Part shown: positions 1 to 9,258 of the stretch, one piece after another | How the letters are laid out: each line of letters begins with the position of its first letter | Position numbering within the stretch: the stretch's first letter is position 1 | Assembly (NCBI RefSeq): GCF_041950555.1 | Contig: NZ_CP169531.1 | Location: forward strand, 2,970,560-2,994,559 | DNA from: Zobellella sp. DQSA1 | Lineage (GTDB): Bacteria > Pseudomonadota > Gammaproteobacteria > Enterobacterales > Aeromonadaceae | Length of the DNA: 24,000 nt | Direction: 5' to 3' | Program-made: the position numbers and the translations under genes | The notes under the pieces: generated by a model | Databases searched by the model: none | Seen by the model: the letters and a program-made list of their open reading frames with translations, nothing else | Told to the model about the DNA's origin: nothing

Positions 1-196
1 CGCCCCGCAGCCGCCTGTTCACCAGGGCGGCCAACTGGTCCAGCTCGGACGGGCTCGGCTGGTATTCCGGCCAGGCCAGCAGAAAGCTCTGCGGCTTGCC
101 CAGCACATGGCACAGCAACACGTCCGCATCCAGGGCGGGCGACTCCCCCCCCGCCAGTTGCTCGCGCAGCCGTTGGCGCAGCTCGGCCAGGGTCAT
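1..196 (-). CDS. prmC: Release-factor glutamine methyltransferase PrmC/HemK, N-terminal ~65 codons (partial, runs off the window start)
   Basis: My translation of the minus strand from ATG 196..194 gives [65 protein letters not shown]. This matches the PrmC N-terminal pattern (SPxLDAxxLLxHVLG, RR..GEP region). The start overlaps the prfA stop (TAATG), and the prfA-prmC order is conserved. Confidence 0.8.
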   Translation of the reverse strand, partial: MTLAELRQRLREQLAGGESPALDADVLLCHVLGKPQSFLLAWPEYQPSPSELDQLAALVNRRLRG

Positions 197-1281
197 TACT
201 GCCCCGCCAGGGCGGCCAGCAGGTCGGCCTGGTATTCCTGCAGTATCGGCTGGGTCAGCATGTCGAGCTGGCCTTCCAGCACTTCGCTCAGCCGGTACAG
301 AGTCAGGTTGATGCGATGATCCGACACCCGCCCTTGGGGATAGTTGTAGGTGCGGATGCGATCGGAGCGATCACCGCTACCCAGCAAGTTGCGGCGGGTG
401 CTCTGCTCCTCGGCATGCCGCTTGTCCTGCTCCATCTGCGCCAGGCGCGAGGCCAGCACCGCCATGGCCTTGGCCCGGTTCTTGTGCTGGGAGCGCTCGT
501 CCTGGCACTCCACCACCATGCCGGTAGGCAGGTGAGTAATGCGGATCGCGGAGTCGGTCTTGTTGACGTGCTGGCCGCCGGCGCCGGAGGCGCGGAAAGT
601 ATCCACTTTCAGATCTGCCGAAGTGATCTCCGGGGCCTCGGTCTCGGGAACCTCGGGCAGCACCGCCACCGTGCAGGCGGAAGTATGGATACGCCCCTGG
701 GACTCGGTCTCGGGTACCCGCTGTACCCGGTGACCGCCGGACTCGAACTTGAGCTTGCCGTAGGCGCCGGCTCCCTCGACCCGGGCGATGATTTCCTTGA
801 AGCCGCCATGCTCCCCTTCGCTGGCGCTGACGATCTCGATACGCCAGCGCTGCTGTTCCGCATGGCGACTGTACATGCGAAACAGATCGCCGGCGAAGAT
901 AGCCGCCTCGTCGCCGCCGGCCCCGGCGCGGATCTCCAGGAAGCAGTTGCTGTCGTCCTTCGGATCCTTGGGCAGCAGCAGGATCTGCAGCTCGCGGCCC
1001 AGCTCCTCGATGGTGGCCTTGGCGGTGTCGATTTCTTCCTCGGCCATGGCCCTGAGCTCGGCATCGTCTTCCGCCAGCATCTCGCGCGCGCCGGCCAGAT
1101 CCGCCTCGGCCTGGCAGTAGCGGCGGAAACAGCCCACCACGTCTTCCAACTGGGCGTATTCCCGGGTCAGGGCCCGGTACTGGTCCTGGTTGTTGATCAC
1201 CGTGGCCTCGCCCAGCAGCACCTGCACCTCTTCGTAGCGCTCCTGCAGGCCTTCCAGTTTCTTCTGTATGGATTCGTTCAT
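196..1281 (-). CDS. prfA: Peptide chain release factor 1
   Basis: 361-aa ORF. It carries the GGQ motif ([23 protein letters not shown]) and a PxT tripeptide (PET), and is near-collinear with E. coli RF1. It lies downstream of hemA, as in enterics. Confidence 0.97.
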   Translation of the reverse strand: MNESIQKKLEGLQERYEEVQVLLGEATVINNQDQYRALTREYAQLEDVVGCFRRYCQAEADLAGAREMLAEDDAELRAMAEEEIDTAKATIEELGRELQILLLPKDPKDDSNCFLEIRAGAGGDEAAIFAGDLFRMYSRHAEQQRWRIEIVSASEGEHGGFKEIIARVEGAGAYGKLKFESGGHRVQRVPETESQGRIHTSACTVAVLPEVPETEAPEITSADLKVDTFRASGAGGQHVNKTDSAIRITHLPTGMVVECQDERSQHKNRAKAMAVLASRLAQMEQDKRHAEEQSTRRNLLGSGDRSDRIRTYNYPQGRVSDHRINLTLYRLSEVLEGQLDMLTQPILQEYQADLLAALAGQ

Positions 1282-1305
1282 CTGTGTCTCGCCGCTATGG
1301 CCTTG

Positions 1306-2565
1306 TCAGCGCTGGCCAAGGCCCAGGCTCTGGGCCAGCACGGCCAGGATTTCCTGATCGCCGTCTTTGCCCGCCTGGCTCAGCGCCTGGGTAGGAGTAT
1401 GAATCAGTTTGTTGGTCAGGCGCCGGGCCAGTTGCTGAACCACCAGGGCCGGGTCTTCCCCTTGGGCCAGGGCCTGTAGCGCCCGCCCGAGCTCCTGCTC
1501 TCGCACGGCGTCGGCCTGGGTGCGGTAATCGCGAATCAGGTCCACCGACCTGAGCGAGCGGAACCAGCCCATGAACTGATCCCGCTCTTCAAGAATGATC
1601 CGTTCGGCCTGGCCGGCGGCCCGCTTGCGGGCTTCGAGGTTCTGTTCAATGATGCCCTGCAGATCGTCCACCGTATACAGATAGGCATCACTCAATTCGT
1701 CTACCTCCGGCTCGATATCCCGCGGCACGGCGATGTCCACCAGCAGAATGGGCTTATGGCGGCGCGCCTTGAGTGCCCGTTCCACCATCCCCTTGCCGAT
1801 GATCGGCAGGGGACTGGCGGTGGAACTGATGACGATATCGGCTCTGGGCAGATGCTCGGGGATCTGCTCCAGGGTCATCACCTGGGCGTCAAACTCCCGC
1901 GCCAGGTTCTGGGCCCGTTCCAGGGTGCGGTTGGCCACCATCATCTGGGTCACCGACTGTTCCTTCAGATGACGGGCTACCAGTTCCACGGTTTCACCGG
2001 CACCGACCAGCAATACCCGGGTACGGCTTAAATCGGAAAAAATGCGCTTGGCCAGACTGACGGCGGCAAAGGCCACCGACACCGCACTGGCGCCGATCTC
2101 GGTTTCGGTACGCACCCGCTTGGCTACGGAAAACGACTTCTGGAACAGGCGCTCGAGAATGCCCCTGAGGCTACCCACCTGATGGGACTGGTTGTAGGCC
2201 TGCTTGATCTGCCCCAATATCTGCGGCTCGCCCAGCACCAGGGAGTCCAGGCCACAGGCCACCCGCATCAGGTGTCGCACCGCCTCCTCGCCCTGGTGCT
2301 GGTACAGGCAGGAGGTCAGTTCGTCTTCATCCAGATGGTGAAACCGTTGCAGCCAGTGGCGCACCAGATCGCTTTCCCCCTGCTGATCCAGGCAACAGTA
2401 GAGCTCGGTGCGGTTGCAGGTAGAGACAATCACCGCCTCTTCCACCCCTCGGGTGTGCATCAGCTCCTGCAGTGCCTTGGGGGCGATATCCGGCCCGAAT
2501 GCCACCCGCTCGCGCAGGGCGACGGAAGCGGTCTTATGATTGATTCCCAGTACCAGCAGGCTCAT
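1306..2565 (-). CDS. hemA: Glutamyl-tRNA reductase
   Basis: 419-aa ORF starting [23 protein letters not shown], with the catalytic STCNR motif and a VGAGE NADPH-binding motif. The hemA-prfA synteny is present. Confidence 0.96.
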   Translation of the reverse strand: MSLLVLGINHKTASVALRERVAFGPDIAPKALQELMHTRGVEEAVIVSTCNRTELYCCLDQQGESDLVRHWLQRFHHLDEDELTSCLYQHQGEEAVRHLMRVACGLDSLVLGEPQILGQIKQAYNQSHQVGSLRGILERLFQKSFSVAKRVRTETEIGASAVSVAFAAVSLAKRIFSDLSRTRVLLVGAGETVELVARHLKEQSVTQMMVANRTLERAQNLAREFDAQVMTLEQIPEHLPRADIVISSTASPLPIIGKGMVERALKARRHKPILLVDIAVPRDIEPEVDELSDAYLYTVDDLQGIIEQNLEARKRAAGQAERIILEERDQFMGWFRSLRSVDLIRDYRTQADAVREQELGRALQALAQGEDPALVVQQLARRLTNKLIHTPTQALSQAGKDGDQEILAVLAQSLGLGQR

Positions 2566-2669
2566 GAGGGTATTCTGCGGCTCACAACATCTTTCAAGTA
2601 GCCGGCTATTGTACGAGAAAGGGTAAGGCTTTAAAAGGCGCTGACCTTGCCCTTATACTGACGGCAAAC

Positions 2670-3266
2670 ATGATATCGGAGTTGTCTGTGCGCGCCTTAT
2701 TGATCGCCTTTGCCCTGTTGCTCGTTTCCGGCTGTGCCTACCGGGCCCAGGAAGCCCCTCCCGGCTCCTGGCAGGCCCAGAAAACCGCCCTGGCCCAGTT
2801 GCAGGACTGGCAGCTGTCGGCGCGGCTCGGCATCATCACCCCGGATGAGCGAGGCAGCCTCAGCCTGTTCTGGCGTCAGGACAGTGACGATTACCGGATG
2901 AACCTGACCAATGTGGTGGGCAGCCGGGTGTTCGATCTGAACCGCCGCCAGGGCACCATTCAACTTACCGACAGCGAGGGCCGGCAACATACGGCGCGCA
3001 ACGCCCGGGATCTGGTGTTCCGGCTGACCGGCTGGGATCTGCCGGTGGAACAGCTGGCCTACTGGATAAAGGGGCTGCCCGGCGAGGCGGACCAGGTGGA
3101 ATACGACGCCGATGGCCGGCCGCAAAGCCTGCGCGCTCACGGTTGGCAACTCAGCTACCTGGGCTATACTCGCATCGATGGCCTCTGGCTGCCGAGCCGG
3201 CTGAACCTGACCCACGACACCACCACCCTGCGCCTGGCCATCAATCAATGGGAACTGAAGCCATGA
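2670..3266 (+). CDS. lolB: Outer-membrane lipoprotein receptor LolB
   Basis: 198-aa ORF with a lipobox signal peptide (LLLVSGC). It sits divergent from hemA and upstream of ispE, as in E. coli. The stop overlaps the ispE start (ATGA). Confidence 0.9.
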   Translation: MISELSVRALLIAFALLLVSGCAYRAQEAPPGSWQAQKTALAQLQDWQLSARLGIITPDERGSLSLFWRQDSDDYRMNLTNVVGSRVFDLNRRQGTIQLTDSEGRQHTARNARDLVFRLTGWDLPVEQLAYWIKGLPGEADQVEYDADGRPQSLRAHGWQLSYLGYTRIDGLWLPSRLNLTHDTTTLRLAINQWELKP

Positions 3267-4132
3267 TAGTCCTGCCCGCCCCGGCCAAACTCAACCTGTT
3301 CCTGTACATCACCGGCCGCCGCGACGACGGCTATCATGACCTGCAGACCCTGTTCCAGTTTCTGGACCATGGCGACAGCCTGGGCTTCGCGCCAGCCGCC
3401 GACGGTCATCTCGTCCTCGAACCGGCCCTGCCCGGGGTGGAGCAAGAACACAACCTCATCATCCAGGCCGCCCGCCTGCTGCAGAGCAAGACCGGCTGCA
3501 CCAAGGGCGCCCGTATCCATCTCACCAAGCGGCTGCCCATGGGCGGTGGCCTGGGCGGCGGTTCCAGCGATGCCGCCACCACCCTGGTGGCCCTCAACCG
3601 GTTGTGGCAATTGGGACTCAGCCAGGAACAGCTGGCTCGACTCGGTCGTCGGCTGGGCGCCGACGTGCCGGTGTTCGTACGCGGCCAGGCCGCCTTTGCC
3701 GAAGGGGTGGGCGATATCCTGACTCCCGCCCATCCGCCCGAGCCCTGGTACCTGGTCCTCAATCCCGGTATCGAGGTGGCGACCGCCGCCGTCTTTACCG
3801 ATCCAGAGCTGCCCCGCAGCAGCCCGGCCCTCAGCCTGGAACAACGGCTCAGCCTGCCCTGGGAAAACGATTGCGAACCCCTGGTCAAAAAGCGCCACCC
3901 CGAGGTTGCCAAGCTCCTTGGCTGGTTGCTAGAATATGCGCCGTCAAGAATGACGGGCACCGGAGCCTGTATCTTTGCCACCTTCGACGGTCGGGAAGCG
4001 GCCGAAAATGCGTTGGCCAGGGCACCGGAAGGAAGCACCGGTTTCGTCGCCAAAGGCTGTAATATTTCGCCGCTGTTCAATGTGTTGCAGCAGCTCGACG
4101 AACCGGCCCCGTCATCGAATACGGCAACCTAG
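3263..4132 (+). CDS. ispE: 4-diphosphocytidyl-2-C-methyl-D-erythritol kinase
   Basis: The ORF-track frame opens at 3143, but homology starts at the internal ATG 3263 ([25 protein letters not shown]). The GHMP kinase motif [14 protein letters not shown] is present. The start overlaps the lolB stop (ATGA). Confidence 0.95.
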   Translation: MIVLPAPAKLNLFLYITGRRDDGYHDLQTLFQFLDHGDSLGFAPAADGHLVLEPALPGVEQEHNLIIQAARLLQSKTGCTKGARIHLTKRLPMGGGLGGGSSDAATTLVALNRLWQLGLSQEQLARLGRRLGADVPVFVRGQAAFAEGVGDILTPAHPPEPWYLVLNPGIEVATAAVFTDPELPRSSPALSLEQRLSLPWENDCEPLVKKRHPEVAKLLGWLLEYAPSRMTGTGACIFATFDGREAAENALARAPEGSTGFVAKGCNISPLFNVLQQLDEPAPSSNTAT

Positions 4133-4145
4133 GCAGCGCTTGCAA

Positions 4146-4169
4146 GAAAGTGGGGGTGGGCCCGCTTTC
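4146..4169 (+). terminator. Possible weak hairpin after ispE
   Basis: GAAAGTGGG / CCCGCTTTC forms a 9-bp stem (one G-U pair) with a 6-nt loop, followed by the T-rich tcccttattcc. There is no clean U-run, so this may be only partial termination or a leader structure. Confidence 0.3.
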
Positions 4170-4384
4170 TCCCTTATTCCGAGGGTCAATCCGCTGTTAA
4201 GTGATGTCTGCAGGACGACACGGCCGAGGCCGGCTCGCCGTCCGGGTTGTCTGGCCCGGCTACCTGCAAGACACACCACGTTCAGAATTACAAAAAGGGC
4301 TGGATAGCGGAACTGGTTTCCGTAAACGGGTTCACGGCCCCGTCCAGTCTCGCCACCCATGAAACAACCCCGAGGTTTTCAACC

Positions 4385-5332
4385 GTGCCCGACATGAAGC
4401 TGTTTGCTGGTAATGCAACGCCGGAACTCGCCCAACGTATCGCCGATCGTCTCTTTATCAAACTGAGTGCTGCCGATGTCGGCCGCTTCAGTGACGGCGA
4501 AATCAGCGTACAAATCAACGAAAATGTACGTGGCGGCGATGTCTTCATCATCCAGTCCACCTGCGCACCGACCAACGATAACCTGATGGAACTGATCGTG
4601 ATGGTGGATGCCCTGCGCCGAGCCTCCGCCGGTCGTATTACCGCCGTTATCCCCTACTTTGGCTATGCTCGCCAGGACCGCCGCGTGCGCTCCGCCCGGG
4701 TACCGATTACCGCCAAGGTCGTGGCCGACTTCCTGTCCAGCGTGGGCGTTGACCGGGTACTGACCGTCGACCTGCATGCCGAACAGATCCAGGGTTTCTT
4801 CGATGTACCGGTGGACAACGTGTTCGGCACGCCGGTGCTGCTGGAAGACATGAAAGCCAAGAACCTGCACAACGCCGTGGTGGTCTCCCCCGATATCGGC
4901 GGTGTAGTGCGGGCCCGAGCCGTGGCCAAGTTGCTGGATGAAACCGATATCGCCATCATCGACAAGCGCCGTCCTCGTGCCAACGTGTCCCAGGTGATGC
5001 ATCTGATCGGTGATGTGGAAGGCCGTGACTGCGTGATCGTGGACGATATGATCGACACCGGCGGCACCCTGTGCAAGGCCGCCGAAGCCCTGAAGAACCA
5101 CGGCGCCAAGCGCGTGTTCGCTTACGCCACCCACGCCGTGTTCTCCGGCAATGCCGCCCAGAACATCAAGGACTCGGTGATTGACGAGGTGATCATCACC
5201 GACTCCATCCCGCTGACTCCGGAAATCGAAGCCCTGGCCAAGGTTAAGCAGCTGTCCCTGTCCGGCATGCTGGCCGAAGCCATTCGCCGCATCAGCAACG
5301 AAGAGTCCATCTCCGCCATGTTCGAGCACTAA
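4385..5332 (+). CDS. prs: Ribose-phosphate pyrophosphokinase (PRPP synthetase)
   Basis: Very high identity to E. coli Prs along the whole length (..[30 protein letters not shown]). Alignment with the E. coli N-terminus MPDMKLF puts the start at GTG 4385, with GAGG 9 nt upstream. ATG 4394 is the alternative. The upstream in-frame extension to 4247 has no homology. Confidence 0.95.
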   Translation: MPDMKLFAGNATPELAQRIADRLFIKLSAADVGRFSDGEISVQINENVRGGDVFIIQSTCAPTNDNLMELIVMVDALRRASAGRITAVIPYFGYARQDRRVRSARVPITAKVVADFLSSVGVDRVLTVDLHAEQIQGFFDVPVDNVFGTPVLLEDMKAKNLHNAVVVSPDIGGVVRARAVAKLLDETDIAIIDKRRPRANVSQVMHLIGDVEGRDCVIVDDMIDTGGTLCKAAEALKNHGAKRVFAYATHAVFSGNAAQNIKDSVIDEVIITDSIPLTPEIEALAKVKQLSLSGMLAEAIRRISNEESISAMFEH

Positions 5333-5349
5333 GCGCTCGAGCTGGAAGC

Positions 5350-5378
5350 AAAAAGCCCGCGAATCCGCGGGCTTTTTT
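5350..5378. terminator. Bidirectional rho-independent terminator between prs and the TauE-family gene
   Basis: AAAAA-GCCCGCG-aatc-CGCGGGC-TTTTTT. This is a perfect 7-bp GC stem with a 4-nt loop, an A-run on the left and a T-run on the right. Confidence 0.85.
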
Positions 5379-5384
5379 GTGTTT

Positions 5385-5433
5385 GGGATTCGGGATTCGG
5401 GATTCGGGATTCGGGATTCGGGATTCGGGATTC
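5385..5433. repeat. Perfect tandem heptamer array (GGGATTC)x7
   Basis: Units start at 5385, 5392, 5399, 5406, 5413, 5420 and 5427, with no substitutions. Confidence 0.98.
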
Positions 5434-5450
5434 ACAGTGAGTGTATCAGT

Positions 5451-5504
5451 CCCCAGTCCCCAGTCCCCAGTCCCCAGTCCCCAGTCCCCAGTCCCCAGTC
5501 CCCA
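5451..5504. repeat. Perfect tandem heptamer array (CCCCAGT)x7 plus a partial eighth unit CCCCA
   Basis: Units start at 5451, 5458, 5465, 5472, 5479, 5486 and 5493, and the partial unit spans 5500-5504. The array ends 2 nt before the stop codon (5507-5509) of the minus-strand TauE-family gene. Confidence 0.98.
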
Positions 5505-5506
5505 AA

Positions 5507-6244
5507 TTACCAATAGAACCGCACAAAGTAGTAACCGCTCAGGCCGATGCCAAACAGCACTATGGTCCAGGCCAGCAGCCGGGGCTTTATCCATACCAGC
5601 AGCCGGGCACCCAGCTTGCCCCCGACCAGATACCCCAGCGCCAGCACCAGGCAGGCCCGCCAGTGCACCAGTCCGGACAGGGAATACACCAGGATGGTGG
5701 CGCCGCTGGCCAGCATCGACAGATACAGCTTGATGGCGTGCTGCTGCAGGTTGGATCCCATCCTCAGCTGGCCGGTCAACGCCATCAGCAATACCCCCAG
5801 GCCACCACCGAAGAAGCCGCCGTAAAAGGCACCGCCCAGCAACAGTGGCCAAGCCCGGCGTTTCATGTCGAGCGGCCCTTCGAAACCGGAGCGGCTCAGC
5901 AGTTGGCGGGCATAGAGCAGGCTCACCGTCAGCAGCAGCCAGGGTACCAGGTAGTTGAAGCTGTCGGCATGGAACTGCACCAGCGCCAAAGCCCCCAGTC
6001 CGCCACCGGCCAGGCCGATGCCGGTCAGTGCCAACCAGGGGCCGCTGCCGAGCTGGCGACGCATGCCCCAGAAGGCACTGGCATAGCCGGGCCAGGAAGC
6101 CACACTGGCGGTAGCCACCGCACCGGTGCTGGGTACCCCCGTAGCCAGCAGCGCCGGCAGGGTCAAGAAGAGGCCGCCACCGGCCAGGGCATTGAGCACC
6201 CCGGCGAGCAGGGCCCAGCCGAGCAGTTCGTACATAAGAAGCAT
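5507..6244 (-). CDS. TauE/SafE (DUF81) family anion-exporter-type membrane protein
   Basis: A polytopic hydrophobic protein with Gly-rich transmembrane helices (LNALAGGGLFLTLPALL.., GGAFYGGFFGGGLGVLLMA) typical of TauE/SafE. The start is chosen at ATG 6244 (MLLMYELLG); ATG 6235 is also possible. The track start at 6301 adds a non-hydrophobic extension with no support. Confidence 0.7.
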   Translation of the reverse strand: MLLMYELLGWALLAGVLNALAGGGLFLTLPALLATGVPSTGAVATASVASWPGYASAFWGMRRQLGSGPWLALTGIGLAGGGLGALALVQFHADSFNYLVPWLLLTVSLLYARQLLSRSGFEGPLDMKRRAWPLLLGGAFYGGFFGGGLGVLLMALTGQLRMGSNLQQHAIKLYLSMLASGATILVYSLSGLVHWRACLVLALGYLVGGKLGARLLVWIKPRLLAWTIVLFGIGLSGYYFVRFYW

Positions 6245-6369
6245 CCTGTGACAGGCATCCGTGCGGCAATGAAGCGGGCAATGACGTCCCGGAGAGTGCA
6301 AACGATCTTATACCTGATCGTATACAATGCTGGCTATATTACCGATTCCCGCGGATCAAGTCACCGAGG

Positions 6370-6398
6370 TGGCCATTATTGCCGCTCTTCATTAGAAT
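6370..6398 (+). promoter_or_regulatory. Candidate sigma70 promoter for pth-ychF
   Basis: -35 TGGCCA (6370-6375), a 17-nt spacer, then -10 TAGAAT (6393-6398), about 30 nt upstream of the pth ATG. This rests on a sequence match only. Confidence 0.3.
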
Positions 6399-6428
6399 AT
6401 GGCGTCATTTTAACGGCCGACTCAGCAT

Positions 6429-7025
6429 ATGAATCCTATCGAACTGATCGTCGGGCTTGGTAATCCGGGCCCGGAATACGCCCACACCCGCCATAACGCC
6501 GGCGCCTGGTATGTGGCCGAGCTGGCCCGGCGGCATGGCGGCCAACTCAGGGAAGAAGGTAAGTTTTTCGGCTGGACCGGCCGGATACGCATCGGGAACC
6601 ATGAGGTACGGCTGCTGATCCCGGCCACCTTCATGAACCGCTCGGGCAAGTCGGTAGCGGCCATGGCCAACTTCTACCAGATCCCGCCCGAGGCGATACT
6701 GGTGGCCCACGATGAACTGGACCTGCCCCCGGGCAGCGCCCGCTTCAAGCAGGGCGGCGGCCACGGCGGTCATAACGGCCTGAAGGACATCATTAGCAGC
6801 CTCGGCAACAACAAGGATTTTTACCGGCTGCGGCTCGGCATCGGCCATCCGGGGCACAAGTCCCAGGTCGCCGGCTTCGTGCTCACCAAGGCGCCGGCTC
6901 CCGAGCAGAGCCTGCTGGAGGCCACGGTAGACGAGGCCGCCCGCACCACCGATATTTTATTCAACGACGGCATGACCAGGGCGATGAATCGCCTGCATGC
7001 CTTTAACGCCGATTCCACCAAGTAA
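6429..7025 (+). CDS. pth: Peptidyl-tRNA hydrolase
   Basis: 198-aa ORF starting [27 protein letters not shown], with the catalytic His region and a GHNGLKDI motif. The pth-ychF pairing is conserved. Confidence 0.96.
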   Translation: MNPIELIVGLGNPGPEYAHTRHNAGAWYVAELARRHGGQLREEGKFFGWTGRIRIGNHEVRLLIPATFMNRSGKSVAAMANFYQIPPEAILVAHDELDLPPGSARFKQGGGHGGHNGLKDIISSLGNNKDFYRLRLGIGHPGHKSQVAGFVLTKAPAPEQSLLEATVDEAARTTDILFNDGMTRAMNRLHAFNADSTK

Positions 7026-7041
7026 ATTTCAGGACACAGCT

Positions 7042-8133
7042 ATGGGTTTTAAATGCGGTATAGTGGGACTGCCCAATGTGGGCAAATCCACCCTGTTCAA
7101 CGCGCTGACCAAGGCGGGCATCGAAGCCGCCAACTTCCCCTTCTGCACCATAGAGCCGAACACCGGCGTGGTGCCGGTGCCGGACCCGCGTCTCGATGCC
7201 CTGGCCGAGATCGTCAAGCCCCAGCGTATCCTGCCCACCACCATGGAATTCGTAGACATCGCCGGCCTGGTAGCGGGGGCCTCCAAGGGTGAAGGCCTGG
7301 GCAACAAGTTTCTGGCCAACATCCGCGAGACCGACGCCATCGGCCATGTGGTGCGTTGCTTCGACAACGACAACATCGTGCACGTGGCCGGCCAGGTATC
7401 GCCCAAGGACGATATCGAAATCATCAATACCGAACTGGCGCTGGCGGATCTGGACACCTGTGAGCGGGCCATGCAGCGCAACGCCAAGAAGGCCAAGGGC
7501 GGCGACAAGGACGCCAAATTCGAGATGACGGTGCTGGAAAAGCTGCTGCCCGCCCTGGAGCAGGCCCGGGTACTGCGCAGCGTAGAACTCACCAAGGAAG
7601 AGAAAGCGGCCATCGACTACCTGAACTTCCTCACCATCAAGCCGACCATGTACATCGCCAACGTCAATGACGACGGCTTCGAGAACAATCCCTACCTGGC
7701 CCAGGTGGAGGAAATCGCCGCCGCCGAAAACGCCATAGTGGTGCCGGTGTGTGCCGCCATGGAATCGGAAATCGCCGAGCTGGATGCGGAAGAAGCCGCC
7801 GAATTCATGGCCGACATGGGCCTGGAAGAACCGGGCCTGAACCGGGTGATCCGCGGCGGCTACCAGTTGCTGAACCTGCAGACCTACTTCACCGCCGGGG
7901 TGAAGGAAGTCCGCGCCTGGACCATCCCCGTGGGAGCCACCGCGCCCCAGGCCGCAGGCAAGATCCATACCGACTTCGAAAAGGGCTTTATCCGCGCCCA
8001 GACCATCGCCTTTGACGACTTCATCAGCTACAAGGGTGAACAGGGCGCCAAGGAAGCGGGCAAGATGCGCTCCGAGGGCAAGGACTATATCGTCAAGGAC
8101 GGCGACGTGATGAACTTCCTGTTCAACGTCTGA
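7042..8133 (+). CDS. ychF: Ribosome-binding ATPase YchF (Obg-family)
   Basis: Homology begins at the internal ATG 7042 ([23 protein letters not shown], a P-loop). The C-terminus [12 protein letters not shown] is typical of YchF. Confidence 0.96.
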   Translation: MGFKCGIVGLPNVGKSTLFNALTKAGIEAANFPFCTIEPNTGVVPVPDPRLDALAEIVKPQRILPTTMEFVDIAGLVAGASKGEGLGNKFLANIRETDAIGHVVRCFDNDNIVHVAGQVSPKDDIEIINTELALADLDTCERAMQRNAKKAKGGDKDAKFEMTVLEKLLPALEQARVLRSVELTKEEKAAIDYLNFLTIKPTMYIANVNDDGFENNPYLAQVEEIAAAENAIVVPVCAAMESEIAELDAEEAAEFMADMGLEEPGLNRVIRGGYQLLNLQTYFTAGVKEVRAWTIPVGATAPQAAGKIHTDFEKGFIRAQTIAFDDFISYKGEQGAKEAGKMRSEGKDYIVKDGDVMNFLFNV

Positions 8134-8251
8134 TCCCCTTCCTCCGCTCCCCGCCTCACCGGATGCCGAAGCACTGGCGCCTGGCAATTCAAAAAAGGGG
8201 AGCTCGGGAGAACCGGCTTATCGCCCTTGAGGCTTTGTGCCGCCATCAAAG

Positions 8252-8288
8252 AAACGCCCCGCGCAAGCAAGCCTGCGCGGGGCGTTTT
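8252..8288. terminator. Bidirectional terminator hairpin between convergent ychF and the CsgG-like gene
   Basis: AAACGCCCCGCGC (8252-8264) and GCGCGGGGCGTTT (8275-8287) are perfectly complementary over 13 bp, with a 10-nt loop. T-rich sequence follows on both strands. Confidence 0.7.
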
Positions 8289-8306
8289 CGACAATACGGC
8301 AGGGTA

Positions 8307-9143
8307 TCAGTTGACCCTCAAAACCCCACCGGTACCCAGACCACCTTCAACATCCTGAGCCTTGTAGTTCTTCAGGGAGACGATCATCTTGTTCCAGGCG
8401 TCGTTGAACGCCGCCACCGTCGCCTTGCCTTCCGGTGTGCGAGAGAAACCACCCAGGCCACTGGCAACGTTGCCGGTCAGGCCGGCTATCGCCGCGCCGT
8501 AGTTGGTGGCGGTGGCACTGCCTTCGGAAATGGAAATCTGCACGGAGGAACGGATGTCGAACAGTGACAGGGTCACCACCGAGGCTTTCGACTGCATGGC
8601 ACCCGCCAGGCCCGCTACGGTGCTGTTGCCGAACAGGCCGCCGAGGGCCGCACCCAGGCCGCCAACCGAGTCGTTGTCGATGATTATCTTCGGCTCGAGG
8701 AAGTAATCCGCGGCGACGCGCTGCCCCTTGTGCTGGTTGGAGCCGGCCCGGTATTCACCGGAGTTACGCTGCTGATCGGTAATCCGGCTCAGGTTACTAT
8801 CGAGTTGCTGGTTGCCGATAGCGGTGATCACGAAGCAGTTGGACTGCTGCACGGCCAGGCGCAGCAGGGGCTCGATACTGGTAACCTGGGTGGCGCTGCC
8901 GAAGCGGCCATACCAGTCGGCGTTGCGGCCGTCATCCATGGCGATGGTGCCGAGGGAACGATCGCAGCGCTCCAATTCAGGGTTGGCTCCTGCACTGGTG
9001 CTGCCACCAGCCGAGCCGGACATGGCGGTGGACTGGTTTCCGGTGCTAAGCATTCCGCCACCGGCACAGGCCGAGAGGCTGGCGCCCAGCAAGCACAGGC
9101 CGAACAGCCTGCCGGCTTTGGATGGGGTGCGAGTGATGTTCAT
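8307..9143 (-). CDS. CsgG-like (CsgG/HfaB/LpoB-fold) outer-membrane lipoprotein
   Basis: 278 aa with a lipobox LSAC (Cys26) and Ala at +2, which predicts outer-membrane sorting. The mature part shows the pattern I associate with the CsgG family: a short strand motif (LGTIAMDD), a helix (IEPLLRLAVQQSNCFVITA), an ...ADYFLEPKII motif, and a Gly-rich loop followed by VVTLSLFDIRSSVQISISEGSA. The assignment is by recognised pattern, not by a search. Confidence 0.5.
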   Translation of the reverse strand: MNITRTPSKAGRLFGLCLLGASLSACAGGGMLSTGNQSTAMSGSAGGSTSAGANPELERCDRSLGTIAMDDGRNADWYGRFGSATQVTSIEPLLRLAVQQSNCFVITAIGNQQLDSNLSRITDQQRNSGEYRAGSNQHKGQRVAADYFLEPKIIIDNDSVGGLGAALGGLFGNSTVAGLAGAMQSKASVVTLSLFDIRSSVQISISEGSATATNYGAAIAGLTGNVASGLGGFSRTPEGKATVAAFNDAWNKMIVSLKNYKAQDVEGGLGTGGVLRVN

Positions 9144-9258
9144 GAGGTGTATTTCTCCCTGTCTATTTTTTGATATGTTGGACGGTCATTGCTTGGCCAG
9201 GCGGTCAGGGAGTATCCCGACCCTTCCTTGGCTGAGTTTTCTGATTGACAGTCCTGGG

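Noticed and set aside
706-714. The RF1 stop-codon recognition tripeptide reads PET rather than the E. coli PAT
   Set aside because: The motif is defined as PxT with a variable middle residue. This alone is no basis for proposing altered stop-codon recognition.
196-1281. Programmed +1 frameshift in a release-factor gene
   Set aside because: That mechanism belongs to prfB (RF2). This gene is prfA, with a single uninterrupted frame.
316-1479. 387-aa plus-strand ORF overlapping prfA and the hemA 3' end
   Set aside because: It is antisense to two strongly supported genes. The translation is Ala/Gly/Leu/Arg-rich with no recognisable motifs, typical of a shadow ORF in GC-rich DNA.
4379-5329. 316-aa minus-strand ORF covering all of prs
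   Set aside because: It is an antisense shadow of a near-identical Prs homologue, and its sequence is low-information (G/H/V/D-rich).
5385-5504. Possible CRISPR array
   Set aside because: The units are 7 bp, contiguous and have no unique spacers. No cas genes or leader are present. This is a microsatellite-type tandem repeat, not CRISPR.
5292-6463. ORFs 5292-6281 (-), 5377-5733 (+) and 5441-6463 (+), which translate the heptamer arrays as GLGTGDWGLGTGDW, DSGFGIRDSGFGIR or SPVPSPQSPVPSPQ
   Set aside because: These are read-through of the tandem repeats plus out-of-frame or antisense reading of the TauE-family gene. The hydrophobic TauE frame (5507-6244) is the only one with protein-like features.
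7003-8187. 394-aa minus-strand ORF opposite ychF
   Set aside because: It is an antisense shadow ORF, and YchF homology on the plus strand is unambiguous.
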